Shown here: positions 1-8,036 of the stretch, in pieces
Layout of the letters: every line of letters begins with the position of its first letter
Numbering within the stretch: the first letter of the stretch is position 1
Assembly (NCBI GenBank): GCA_963763885.1
Contig: CAVXQD010000007.1
Coordinates: 559,919 to 623,918, forward strand
Source of the DNA: an uncultured Acidimicrobiales bacterium
Lineage (GTDB): Bacteria > Actinomycetota > Acidimicrobiia > Acidimicrobiales > JANYDT01
Length of the DNA: 64,000 nucleotides
Direction: 5' to 3'
Made by a program: the position numbers and the translations under genes
Notes under the pieces: model-generated
What the model was told of the DNA's origin: nothing
Seen by the model: only the letters and a program-made list of their open reading frames with translations
Databases searched by the model: none

Positions 1-281
1 GCCGAACGAGGCAGGTGGTCAAGCGGTGCAAGCTCGCCGAAATGTGATCCGGCGGCAAGTTGGGCGACTTCTACGCCGCCATGGCTGACGGTGACGGAGC
101 CAGTCAGCAAGACAAAGACGTCCTGGCCGAACGCACCCTGGCGAACGATGACGTCGCCGTTTTTGATGTCAACTTCGTCGGCGAGTTTTTTAATTTCGCC
201 GAGCTCTTTATCGGTGCAGCCTCCGAACAGCGGGATGGCCCGAAGCTCGTCGAGTGCTTCTTTTGGAATTGAACGGCTCAT
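1..281 (-). CDS. cyclic nucleotide-binding domain protein (N-terminal part; gene runs off the left edge)
   Basis: Not in the ORF track because no stop lies inside the window. Reverse complement from ATG 281..279 reads MSRSIPKEALDELRAIPLFGGCTDKELGEIKKLADEVDIKNGDVIVRQGAFGQDVFVLLTGSVTVSHGGVEVAQLAAGSHFGELA..., the cNMP-binding beta-barrel pattern ending in FGELA. AAGGAG lies 6 nt upstream of the ATG. Plus-strand ORFs 60..272 and 91..411 are antisense shadows. Confidence 0.7.
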   Translation of the reverse strand, partial: MSRSIPKEALDELRAIPLFGGCTDKELGEIKKLADEVDIKNGDVIVRQGAFGQDVFVLLTGSVTVSHGGVEVAQLAAGSHFGELAPLDHLPRS

Positions 282-412
282 GCGGCGCTCCTTGGTCGTA
301 AACCGTTGCGAACCATATCGGTTTCACGGTCGTGACGCTCACCGTATGCCCACAATCGGCCAGGACCAACTCGGTTTCACGTGTCGTTGGTCATGCGCGG
401 CCGAGCGGTGAA

Positions 413-522
413 CCCGCTGCGTGGGTGGCGGGTCCTGCCTCCTCCGTGGTTCCCTCCCACCGTGCTCGCTTCGCTGCGCGCGGCGGGCCCCTCCCGTCGG
501 GTCACCCCCCACCCACTCCGCT
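413..522 (+). repeat. solo copy of a ~110-bp GC-rich foldback repeat (family B)
   Basis: CCCGCTGCGTGGGTGGCGGGTCCTGCCTCCTCC...GGGTCACCCCCCACCCACTCCGCT. Near-identical copies occur at 53464..53690 (same orientation, 5' subunit amplified) and 55118..55228 (inverted). The 5' arm GTGGGTGG is complementary to the 3' arm CCACCCAC. It is preceded (395..413) by a 19-nt fragment of the family-A unit and followed directly by the family-A array. Confidence 0.85.
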
Positions 523-523
523 C

Positions 524-919
524 GACACGGGCGCGGCCGAGCGGTGAACGGAGGGACGGAGTGAACCCGAGGTGAGCAACCCATCAGACACGGGCGCGGC
601 CGAGCGGTGAACGGAGGGACGGAGTGAACCCGAGGTGAGCAACCCATCAGACACGGGCGCGGCCGAGCGGTGAACGGAGGGACGGAGTGAACCCGAGGTG
701 AGCAACCCATCAGACACGGGCGCGGCCGAGCGGTAAACGGAGGGAGGAGTGAACCCGAGGTGAGCAACCCATCAGACACGGGCGCGGCCGAGCGGTGAAC
801 GGAGGGAGGAGTGAACCCGAGGTGAGCAACCCATCAGACACGGGCGCGGCCGAGCGGTAAACGGAGGGACGGAGTGAACCCGAGGTGAGCAACCCATCAG
901 ACACGGGCGCGGCCGAGCG
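524..919 (+). repeat. tandem array, 6.3 copies of a 63-bp unit (family A)
   Basis: Unit is GACACGGGCGCGGCCGAGCGGTGAACGGAGGGACGGAGTGAACCCGAGGTGAGCAACCCATCA. Copies start at 524, 587, 650, 713, 775, 837 and 900 (partial). Copies 4 and 5 carry a 1-nt deletion (GGAGGGAGGAGTG); copies 4 and 6 have GGTAAAC. No spacers, so it is not CRISPR-like. It fills nearly all of the intergenic space between the SDR gene and the cNMP-binding gene. Confidence 0.95.
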
Positions 920-1802
920 ATCTGGAGCCCCCGTCGACTTCGACGCGCTGACCGGTGAGCGTGGAGTTGCTTCGGGTGAGGAACAGCACGACTTCTGCCA
1001 CGTCCTCGGGGCGGGTGACGCGGCCGAACGGATAGCTCTGGTCCAGGTCCGCGATATCTGCCCCGGTGCTCGCTTTGGCCAGTCTTCGGCCCATCTCTGA
1101 CACCGTGAGCCCTGGGGCGACGATGTTGACTCGGATCCCGTTGCGGACTTCTTCTTTTGCCAACGTGACGGCCAGTGCCTCCATCGCTGTCTTGCCCATT
1201 GAGTAGGGGGCGCCGTTCGCGCTCAGTCCAACGGTGGCGACAGAGCTGATGAACACCACGTCTGCTCTCCCAATCTCCGCGACACGAGCCCGCATCCCGG
1301 GAAGGAGTTCACGGGACAACATGTGTGGCCCGATGGCGTGAACCTTCAGCAGCCGTTCCACCTCGTCCGCTGGGGTATCGGCCACACCTCGTCCGCGAGA
1401 TGCCACGCCACCGTTGTGCACAACAAGGTCCGGGGCGCCCATGGCCTCGGTGACTGCAGCTGCGAGAGCAGCACAGGAAGACGCGTCGGACACGTCGCCC
1501 TGGAATGCCATCGCACGGCCACCTGCAGCGACGATCTCGGCAACGGTCTGGTGGGCCGAGTCGGCATCCTTTGCGTAGTTCACGGCGACGTCGGCTCCGG
1601 CTGCCGCCAGCATCATGCTGATGCCCTTGCCGATCCCCCGGCCTCCGCCCGTGACCAACGCGACACGACCATGCCCACCGTGCCATCTCGGATCACCGGC
1701 TCGACCAGAGTCAGCTGTCGCACGATCGTCAGCGGATTGAGGTGATTGGGCTGCGGAGTCGTTCATCGAGCCAGCATGACCAACATGGTCGACTTCGGCC
1801 AA
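897..1802 (-). CDS. SDR family oxidoreductase (FabG-like)
   Basis: TGGGRGIGKG dinucleotide motif, NGG, S...YSMGK (YxxxK) catalytic motif, and VDGG near the C-terminus. Start uncertain (1802, or the MNDSAAQ ATG at 1766). The last ~7 codons (SLGRARV) and the TGA stop come from the terminal partial copy of the 63-bp repeat. Confidence 0.85.
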   Translation of the reverse strand: MAEVDHVGHAGSMNDSAAQSPQSADDRATADSGRAGDPRWHGGHGRVALVTGGGRGIGKGISMMLAAAGADVAVNYAKDADSAHQTVAEIVAAGGRAMAFQGDVSDASSCAALAAAVTEAMGAPDLVVHNGGVASRGRGVADTPADEVERLLKVHAIGPHMLSRELLPGMRARVAEIGRADVVFISSVATVGLSANGAPYSMGKTAMEALAVTLAKEEVRNGIRVNIVAPGLTVSEMGRRLAKASTGADIADLDQSYPFGRVTRPEDVAEVVLFLTRSNSTLTGQRVEVDGGSRSLGRARV

Positions 1803-1833
1803 ACCACGCAGAGGTTGCTGGCAGACTCGGTGA

Positions 1834-4458
1834 ATGTCAGGAGCACCTTCCGGCGAGCGTGCGCCTTCACTCAGAGACCGACTCCCGCCCCCAGGGAGCG
1901 ATCCGCTGGACGTCCTCGACGGCTTTGCTGCGTGGGCACACGAGACGGGTCGTCCGCTCTACCCCCATCAGGAAGAAGCGGGTTTCGCGCTCGCTGACAA
2001 GCAGCACGTGGTTTTGGCCACGCCCACGGGGTCAGGCAAATCGATGGCAGCGCTGGCCGGGATTGTCCTTGCGATGAACGCTGGCAAGCGGGCCGTGTGG
2101 ACGGCGCCCATCAAGGCACTGGTTGCCGAGAAGTTCTTCGAACTGATCGATCTACTGGGACCGGAGAACGTTGGCCTTGCTATTGGCGATGCCTCTATCA
2201 ACCGCGATGCGCCGGTGTTGGTGTGCACGGCGGAGGTGCTGGCGAACCAAGCGCTCGGTGTGACCGGGCAGGGGTATCACAACGATGGCCACGATTCATA
2301 TGGCTTTGCGTGCCTCGATGAGTTCCACTACTACGGCGATGTCGACCGCGGCTGGGCTTGGCAGGTGCCGCTGCTGGTGATGCATGAGTGTCAGTTCTTG
2401 CTGGCCTCAGCAACGTTGGGCGATGTCAGCCCGTTGGTGGCGGATCTGGAAACCCGTACCGGTCGCCCGGTGACCCGCATCACTGGCGTGACGCGCCCCA
2501 TTCCGCTGTTCCACCAGTTCCGCACCACGCCGGTCTCAGACAGCGTGCAGGCCGCCATCGAGCAGGGCCTGTTCCCCGTGTACTTGGTGCATACCAGCCA
2601 GGCTGAAGCCGTCGAGCGGGCCAGCGCGTTGGTCAGCCTTCCCCTCACCTCGCGTCCGCAGCGGGAAGCCATTGCGGCAGCCATCAGCACGGAGCGTCTC
2701 AACACAGGTTTCGGTCAAAACTTGGGCCGCTACCTGCGCAACGGCGTCGGCGTGCACCACGCCGGCATGCTCCCCCGTTATCGGCGGTTGGTCGAACGTC
2801 TCGCGGGAGAAGGGCTACTCCCTGTCATCTGTGGCACAGACACGTTGGGCGTGGGCATCAACATTCCCATCCGAACCGTGTTGTTCAGCGCGCTTACCAA
2901 GTTCGACGGTTCAAAGGTACGCACGCTGCGGGCCAGAGAGTTTCATCAGCTGGCCGGGCGCGCGGGTCGGCCTGGGTTCGACCCAGACGGCCACGTGTGG
3001 GCGCAGGCACCCGAGCACGTCATCGACAACGAACGTGCGCTGTCACGCGCTGGCGACGATCCCAAGGCAAGACGCAAAGTCAAACGGGCCGAGGCACCAA
3101 AGGGCTTTGTCCACTGGGACGAAAAGACATTCGAACGTCTCATTGCATCTGAACCAGAGCCGCTGATCAGCCGGTTCAAGGTGACCGCCGACTTGGTGGC
3201 CTCGGTGCTTTCTCGCCCCGACGGCCCCGACGCGTTGAAGAACCTCCTCACCACCAACCACGACACCGAAACCCGTAAGCGCACACATAGACGCCGGGCA
3301 ATTCACATCTATCGCTCCCTCGAGGCGGCCGGGGTTGCGGAACGCCTTCGCGACAGCGCCGGCAAATGCGCCGGCGTTCGCATCGGGTCTCTTGTCAACG
3401 ACGGCACCGACGATGTTGAACGCGTCCGGTTCACGTCCCCACTTGGGCCGTTTGCCATTGAAGCCATCAGCACCTTCGAGCAAGACACCATCATCTACCC
3501 GCTCGATGTGATCAGCGTCATCGAGGCCATCGTCGACAACCCGATGGCCATCCTCATCGCGCAGGAGAAGCAGGCGCGGTCGCAAGAGATCGGGCGGATG
3601 AAGTCCGAGGGCATCGAGTACGAAGAACGCATGGCGCTCCTGCAGACCGTCACGTGGCCGAAACCGCTTGACGAAGAGTTGCGTGACATGTTCCTCATCT
3701 ACAAGCGCTCGCATCCATGGACAGAGACCTGGCCAGAGCCAAAGAGCATTGTGCGCGAACTGCTCGAAACGGGCGAAACGTTTGCCAACTACGTCAAGCG
3801 CTATGGCATCGAGCGCAGCGAGGGCTTGCTGCTTCGTCACCTCACCGATGTCTGGAAGGCGCTGGACAAGTCGTTGCCGTTGGACGCCTACACCGAAGAA
3901 GTGGAAGACGTCATCGATTGGTTGGCCGCGCTCATCCGATCTATCGACGCCAGCCTGCTTGAGGAATGGGAACGGCTGTCAGGCCTTGTCCCCGCGGATC
4001 GCCAGGCGCCCACGGCACCCCGCCAGGTCGATGCCGGTCCACCCAAAGCTTGGAAGACCGCGGTCCGCACAGCGGTGTTCGGCTGGGTGGAGCTGCTGGC
4101 CATCCGACGCCACGACCGCCTCGGCGACCGCACCGGCTGGAGCGTCGACACGCTCAACGAGACGATGGCGCCCTACTGGGCAGAGTACGACTCCATCGCG
4201 ACCGATGCTGATGCACGGTCGGCAAGCTTCTTCTCGCTTACGACTGGGCGCGGTCGAGCGGTGAACGGAGGGATCGGAGTTGAACCCGAGGTGGAGCAAC
4301 CCATTGAATTCGGCGAAACGGATTGGAGCATCACTCAGCGGCTGGCAGATCCCGCCGAAGACGGCGCGTGGCAGATGACCGTAGTGATGCCGGTGGCTGC
4401 TTCCATCGAGGCAGGGCAACCAATTCTGCGCCTAATCTCAATTGCACCGTTGCCCTAG
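1834..4458 (+). CDS. DExH-box (Ski2-like) helicase with DUF3516-type C-terminal region
   Basis: Motif I ATPTGSGKS, motif II LDEFHYY, motif III SAT, HHAGMLPRYRRLVE...GTDTLGVGINIP, and motif VI QLAGRAGRPG. The long C-terminal extension is typical of actinobacterial DUF3516 helicases. Start uncertain. Confidence 0.85.
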   Translation: MSGAPSGERAPSLRDRLPPPGSDPLDVLDGFAAWAHETGRPLYPHQEEAGFALADKQHVVLATPTGSGKSMAALAGIVLAMNAGKRAVWTAPIKALVAEKFFELIDLLGPENVGLAIGDASINRDAPVLVCTAEVLANQALGVTGQGYHNDGHDSYGFACLDEFHYYGDVDRGWAWQVPLLVMHECQFLLASATLGDVSPLVADLETRTGRPVTRITGVTRPIPLFHQFRTTPVSDSVQAAIEQGLFPVYLVHTSQAEAVERASALVSLPLTSRPQREAIAAAISTERLNTGFGQNLGRYLRNGVGVHHAGMLPRYRRLVERLAGEGLLPVICGTDTLGVGINIPIRTVLFSALTKFDGSKVRTLRAREFHQLAGRAGRPGFDPDGHVWAQAPEHVIDNERALSRAGDDPKARRKVKRAEAPKGFVHWDEKTFERLIASEPEPLISRFKVTADLVASVLSRPDGPDALKNLLTTNHDTETRKRTHRRRAIHIYRSLEAAGVAERLRDSAGKCAGVRIGSLVNDGTDDVERVRFTSPLGPFAIEAISTFEQDTIIYPLDVISVIEAIVDNPMAILIAQEKQARSQEIGRMKSEGIEYEERMALLQTVTWPKPLDEELRDMFLIYKRSHPWTETWPEPKSIVRELLETGETFANYVKRYGIERSEGLLLRHLTDVWKALDKSLPLDAYTEEVEDVIDWLAALIRSIDASLLEEWERLSGLVPADRQAPTAPRQVDAGPPKAWKTAVRTAVFGWVELLAIRRHDRLGDRTGWSVDTLNETMAPYWAEYDSIATDADARSASFFSLTTGRGRAVNGGIGVEPEVEQPIEFGETDWSITQRLADPAEDGAWQMTVVMPVAASIEAGQPILRLISIAPLP
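4242..4306 (+). repeat. family-A repeat copy embedded in-frame in the helicase CDS
   Basis: GACTGGGCGCGGTCGAGCGGTGAACGGAGGGATCGGAGTTGAACCCGAGGTGGAGCAACCCATT matches the 63-bp unit with a few indels. It is translated as GRGRAVNGGIGVEPEVEQPI without breaking the helicase frame. Confidence 0.85.
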
Positions 4459-4502
4459 GAGCCAACGATAGAAATTCCGGGAACATTTTGAATTGACGGT
4501 AA

Positions 4503-4522
4503 AACTTAGGTGCGCCTAAGTT
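4503..4522. promoter_or_regulatory. palindromic operator candidate (AACTTAGG-TGCG-CCTAAGTT) upstream of the hmuT-like gene
   Basis: Perfect 8-bp inverted arms with a 4-bp spacer in an AT-rich 70-bp intergenic region, ending 7 nt before the ATG at 4530. TTGAAT/TTGACG -35-like hexamers sit at 4488..4497. The TTAGG/CCTAA half-sites resemble DtxR/IdeR iron-box half-sites, but the spacing differs from the 19-bp consensus. Confidence 0.4.
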
Positions 4523-4529
4523 ACTTTAT

Positions 4530-5469
4530 ATGTTCAACCGTACTTTTCGTCTCTCCGTAGCTGCCGTGGTGTGTGCCGCCGCGGCGCTGCTCCCTCTGTC
4601 CAGGGTGGCTGCTGCCACCTCATCAACCGCACCGACTGAAGCTGCGAAGAAACCAAAGATTGGTTACGGACGCCAGCTTTCTGCTGAGGGATTGTTGGCG
4701 TTGAAGCCGACTCTGATCATCGGCAACGACGACTCGGGACCTGCCACGGTGTTAGCCCAATTGCGGTCCAGCACGGTTCCGGTTGTCATCGTCCCGGCGG
4801 GTGACGAGTGGCAGATGCAGGAAAGAAGATTCGTTGGGTTGCCCAAGCCGTTGGTCTGGCCGACTCTGGCGACGCGCTCGCAGACAAGGTCGAACGTGAC
4901 ATCGCAATTGTGCAGAAGCGGTGGGCGGCCTCCAGCAAAAGGATGGACCCGAAAGCGGTTTTCTTGTATTTGCCGGGCCCAAAAACGCAGCTACTCGGCG
5001 GAGCCGGCACCAGGGCACACGCCACGCTCAGCGCTGCCGGCGCTGTTGATGCTGGCGCCTACCTCGCCGGAGTGAGTGGATATGTTCCGATTACGTCCGA
5101 AGCGTTGGTGCGAGCAAAACCGGACACCATTGTGGTTTTGGAAAACGGCTTGGCTTCGGTCGGCGGTATCGATGGACTGCTGAAGATCCCCGGCATCGCA
5201 CTCACCCCAGCGGGCCAGAAGCGTCGCGTGTTGGCTTTCGATGATCTGAAGCTGCTTGCGTCACGGATGGAACACCCCACCACGCATTGTGCGCTGAGGC
5301 CTTGTCGGACGCCTACCGCTGCAGAGTCAGAGTCCTCGAGCACCCACTCGACGAGGGCTCCGTGCTCGTCGTTCCTGCCACCAATCACGCACAACATCAC
5401 CGACCTTCGCTACGCACCGAAGGTTGCAGCCCAACCTCACACCTCATCGCATTTGGAGAACAACAATGA
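4530..5469 (+). pseudogene. hmuT: heme/hemin ABC transporter substrate-binding protein (HmuT-like), disrupted
   Basis: A signal peptide is followed by KIGYGRQLSAEGLLALKPTLIIGNDDSGPATVLAQLRSSTVPVVIVP (ORF 4530..5075). Homology continues in another frame as KKIRWVAQAVGLADSGDALADKVERDI...ITSEALVRAKPDTIVVLENG...RRVLAFDDLKLL (ORF 4808..5596). It probably shifts again near 5255 into ORF 5287..5469. There are at least two frameshifts (~4806 and ~5255), and the first ~50 residues of the mature N-lobe appear to be missing. Confidence 0.65.
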
Positions 5470-5644
5470 ACACGTCCAGCACGTTGCAAAACCCAGCAAC
5501 ATCAGACAACACCAGCGGTTCCGCTGGATCGGGAAATTCAGGGGTTGCGGGAGAACGGCCCGGTCAACGCGACCCGCACCGCGACGGCGGTTTTGATCCG
5601 CAACCCAATGTGGCGTCCTTTCCCATGCCGAGCTCACCCGCACC

Positions 5645-6346
5645 TTGCTCTACGGCCAAACCAACGCGACGCTGAGCACCCTGGCCCGCCAACCCGAGGG
5701 CTACCCGTTCGGTTCAATCGTCCGCTACGTGACGGAGGAGTCCGGCGCGCCTTGGCTGCTCATTTCCGCGATGGCCGAACACACCTCGAACGCCAAAGCT
5801 GACCCGCGGGCCAGTCTGCTCGTCAGCGCCACCTCCCCCGCCGGCACAGACCCGCTGGCCAGCGCCCGCGCCACCCTGATCGGCACGATGCTGGAGTGCA
5901 CGCCAACCGCGCAGCTCCGAAAGGAGTTTCTTCGCAGAAACCCGGGCGCGCAGATGTACGTCGACTATCCAGATTTCTCTTGGTGGCGACTAGAACCGAT
6001 CTCCATCAGGTACGTCGGAGGATTCGGCCAGATGAGCTGGGTTGACGCGGAGGAGTTCAGCGTCGCCACCCCTGACCCAATCGCACCGCACACCGACGCA
6101 ATATGTTCGCATATGAATATGGACCACAGCGAAACGCACCGGTTGTTGCTCAACTACACCCTCGGCCGAACCGACGTGCTCTCTGCCACGATGTCCGGCG
6201 TCGACCGGCTCGGCTGTGATTTTGAAACGGTCTGCTCGGGAGGCCGTTACCCGCTTCGCCTTCCATTCGTCGAATCCGCGAATTCAACCGAAGAAGTCCG
6301 CGCAGCACTCGTCGCCATGATCAGCGTGGCACGATCTGCGGAGTAG
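5645..6346 (+). CDS. HugZ/ChuZ-like heme-utilisation protein (pyridoxamine-5'-phosphate-oxidase-like fold + DUF2470)
   Basis: The N-terminal half is TLSTLARQPEGYPFGSIVRYV...DPRASLLV...ARATLIG...YVDYPDFSWWRLEPISIRYVGGFGQMSWV, and DUF2470 follows (ICSHMNMDHSETHRLLL). The TTG start at 5645 truncates the conserved helix SHAELTRTLL, which is open upstream in the same frame. An ATG at 5466 (GGAGAA RBS, ATGA overlap with the preceding frame) reaches this frame only through a 1-nt shift at the C-run 5622..5624. Confidence 0.7.
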   Translation: MLYGQTNATLSTLARQPEGYPFGSIVRYVTEESGAPWLLISAMAEHTSNAKADPRASLLVSATSPAGTDPLASARATLIGTMLECTPTAQLRKEFLRRNPGAQMYVDYPDFSWWRLEPISIRYVGGFGQMSWVDAEEFSVATPDPIAPHTDAICSHMNMDHSETHRLLLNYTLGRTDVLSATMSGVDRLGCDFETVCSGGRYPLRLPFVESANSTEEVRAALVAMISVARSAE

Positions 6347-6455
6347 CCAAGTTTCATCCTTGTCGAGTGCTGGTTCGCAGGAACGGGGCACGAGTTTGGG
6401 AAGCCGGTGTGAAATATGTCTCAAGTTTCCCGCAGTACGTGCCGAGCGAAGCAAC

Positions 6456-7154
6456 ATGATTGGCGATCTGGCGGCACTTATTCTTCGATTCGATGGGCTT
6501 ATCCTTGACACGGAAGAAGCCGAATATGCCTCGGTTTCGGCGATCTTCGCTGAATTCGGGCTGTCGCTCGGTGTCGAGCGGTGGGGGGCGACTATTGGCG
6601 TGGCACAAGCCGACGGATTCTGGCTGGACTGGTTGGAATCAGATCTTGGCCATCCAATCAATCGGCACGTGTTTCTCATCGAACAGTCCCAGCGGCACTG
6701 GGAGCAGATCCTCCGACTTCAACCGTGCTGCGGGGTGATCGAACTGCTCCAAGAGGCACACAGTCGCGGTGTTCCGACTGTGCTTGTTTCAGACTCACCA
6801 TCTCGTTGGGTTCGCCGCCAACTCGAACGCCTCGATCTCACAGCAGAGTTCGATTCTGTTGTAACGCGCGAGGCAGCTCCCGCACCACCACCGTTTCCCC
6901 ATCTTTATTGGGAGGCGTTTCGACGGCTGGGAATTGATCGATTACATCGATGCCAAACCCTGGTCGTGGAGCACAGTCTTGCCGGGGTGAACGGCGCTCG
7001 AACAGCCGGCGCCCAGGTTGCTTTGTGCCCCGGCCGAATGAACCGCGAACTGCCGACCGGTGAACCGGACTGGCTGGTGCAGTCGCTGGGAACGCTTGCA
7101 GACAAGTGGCACGCCGAGCCGACGCGTCATCACGCCCTCTCCGCTATCGGTTAG
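6456..7154 (+). CDS. HAD-superfamily hydrolase (subfamily IA-like), atypical motif I
   Basis: MIGDLAALILRFDGLILDTEEAEY... (motif I region), VSDSPSRW (motif II-like), and VVEHSLAGVNGARTAG (motif III/IV region). Motif I reads FD-GLILDTE, which is 2 residues shorter than the canonical FDxDGxLxDTE. The ATG at 6456 was chosen inside track ORF 6360..7154. Confidence 0.65.
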   Translation: MIGDLAALILRFDGLILDTEEAEYASVSAIFAEFGLSLGVERWGATIGVAQADGFWLDWLESDLGHPINRHVFLIEQSQRHWEQILRLQPCCGVIELLQEAHSRGVPTVLVSDSPSRWVRRQLERLDLTAEFDSVVTREAAPAPPPFPHLYWEAFRRLGIDRLHRCQTLVVEHSLAGVNGARTAGAQVALCPGRMNRELPTGEPDWLVQSLGTLADKWHAEPTRHHALSAIG

Positions 7155-7230
7155 GGACTGTTTTCCGGCTTCTGATCTGGCGGCGGCCGTAAAATCACGG
7201 TTCGTCCGCGGAGAGACCCGATAACTTTCG

Positions 7231-7836
7231 ATGGTGCTCACCGGTCAATTCGTCCAACTGGAACCACTCACGTTGGAGCATGTCGACGAGATCGCTGCTG
7301 CGGCCGGCGAGGACCGATCAACATATGCGTGGGCTCCTGTCCCAAGGGACTACGACGACGCCGTAGCGACCGTGGCGTTGCGGCTGCGCCAGCGGGACTC
7401 GGGCCAATGGGTGCCATACGTTCAGCGCCGGGCGGCAGACGGTGCAGTGGTCGGCATGACCAACTTCTTGTCCATCGAACGATGGAACGGTCCTGAGTCC
7501 AACCCAAGCTCTGTGGAGATTGGTGGAACCTGGCTCAATCCCTCCGCGCAGCGAAGCTCGGTGAACACCGAGGCGAAACTCCTCCTTCTGACGCATGCGT
7601 TCGAGGAGTGGAATGTCCTACGTGTACAGATTAAGACCGACGCGCGTAATCAGCGCAGCCGCGATGCCATCACACGGCTGGGGGCGCAGTTCGAAGGCGT
7701 GCTTCGTAGCTTTCAGCCCGGTTACGGCGACTGCGGCGAAGGCGCTCCGCGAGACACCGCAATGTTTTCGGTCATCGCCGGCGAGTGGCCACAGGTCAAA
7801 CACTTACTGCGCTCACGGTTAGGCATTTCTCGCTAA
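7231..7836 (+). CDS. GNAT family N-acetyltransferase (RimJ/RimL-like)
   Basis: VQLEPLTLEHVDEI...VGMTNFLSIERWNG...VEIGGTWLNPSAQRSSVNTEAKLLLLTHAFEEWNVLRVQIKTDARNQRSRDAITRLGAQFEGVLR. Confidence 0.8.
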   Translation: MVLTGQFVQLEPLTLEHVDEIAAAAGEDRSTYAWAPVPRDYDDAVATVALRLRQRDSGQWVPYVQRRAADGAVVGMTNFLSIERWNGPESNPSSVEIGGTWLNPSAQRSSVNTEAKLLLLTHAFEEWNVLRVQIKTDARNQRSRDAITRLGAQFEGVLRSFQPGYGDCGEGAPRDTAMFSVIAGEWPQVKHLLRSRLGISR

Positions 7837-8036
7837 GCGTCCTCCACCGTTCAAGCATCCAAAACAACTGCATCCTCAATTTTGTTTGTGCAAGCGCTTA
7901 CAGCACAAACGTCGGAGCAGTCCGTTCTAAGCTCTCCTACGGCGCCTCCTTCTTGACCATCAACCCTAAGTCAGAGATGGCCGAAGGAAAGACACACCGG
8001 TTCGAAGGCGGCATCGAACAGCGGCGAAAGGGATTT

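Noticed and set aside
339-904. ORFs 339..779, 502..717 and 710..904 (minus) and 332..575 (plus) with 21-aa periodic peptides
   Set aside because: They lie entirely inside the repeat array or family-B element. They are open in several frames simply because the unit lacks stops, and they have no RBS or plausible protein features.
524-919. Possible CRISPR array, given regularly spaced repeats
   Set aside because: The 63-bp units are directly adjacent with no unique spacers. No cas genes are nearby, and the unit is far longer than CRISPR repeats.
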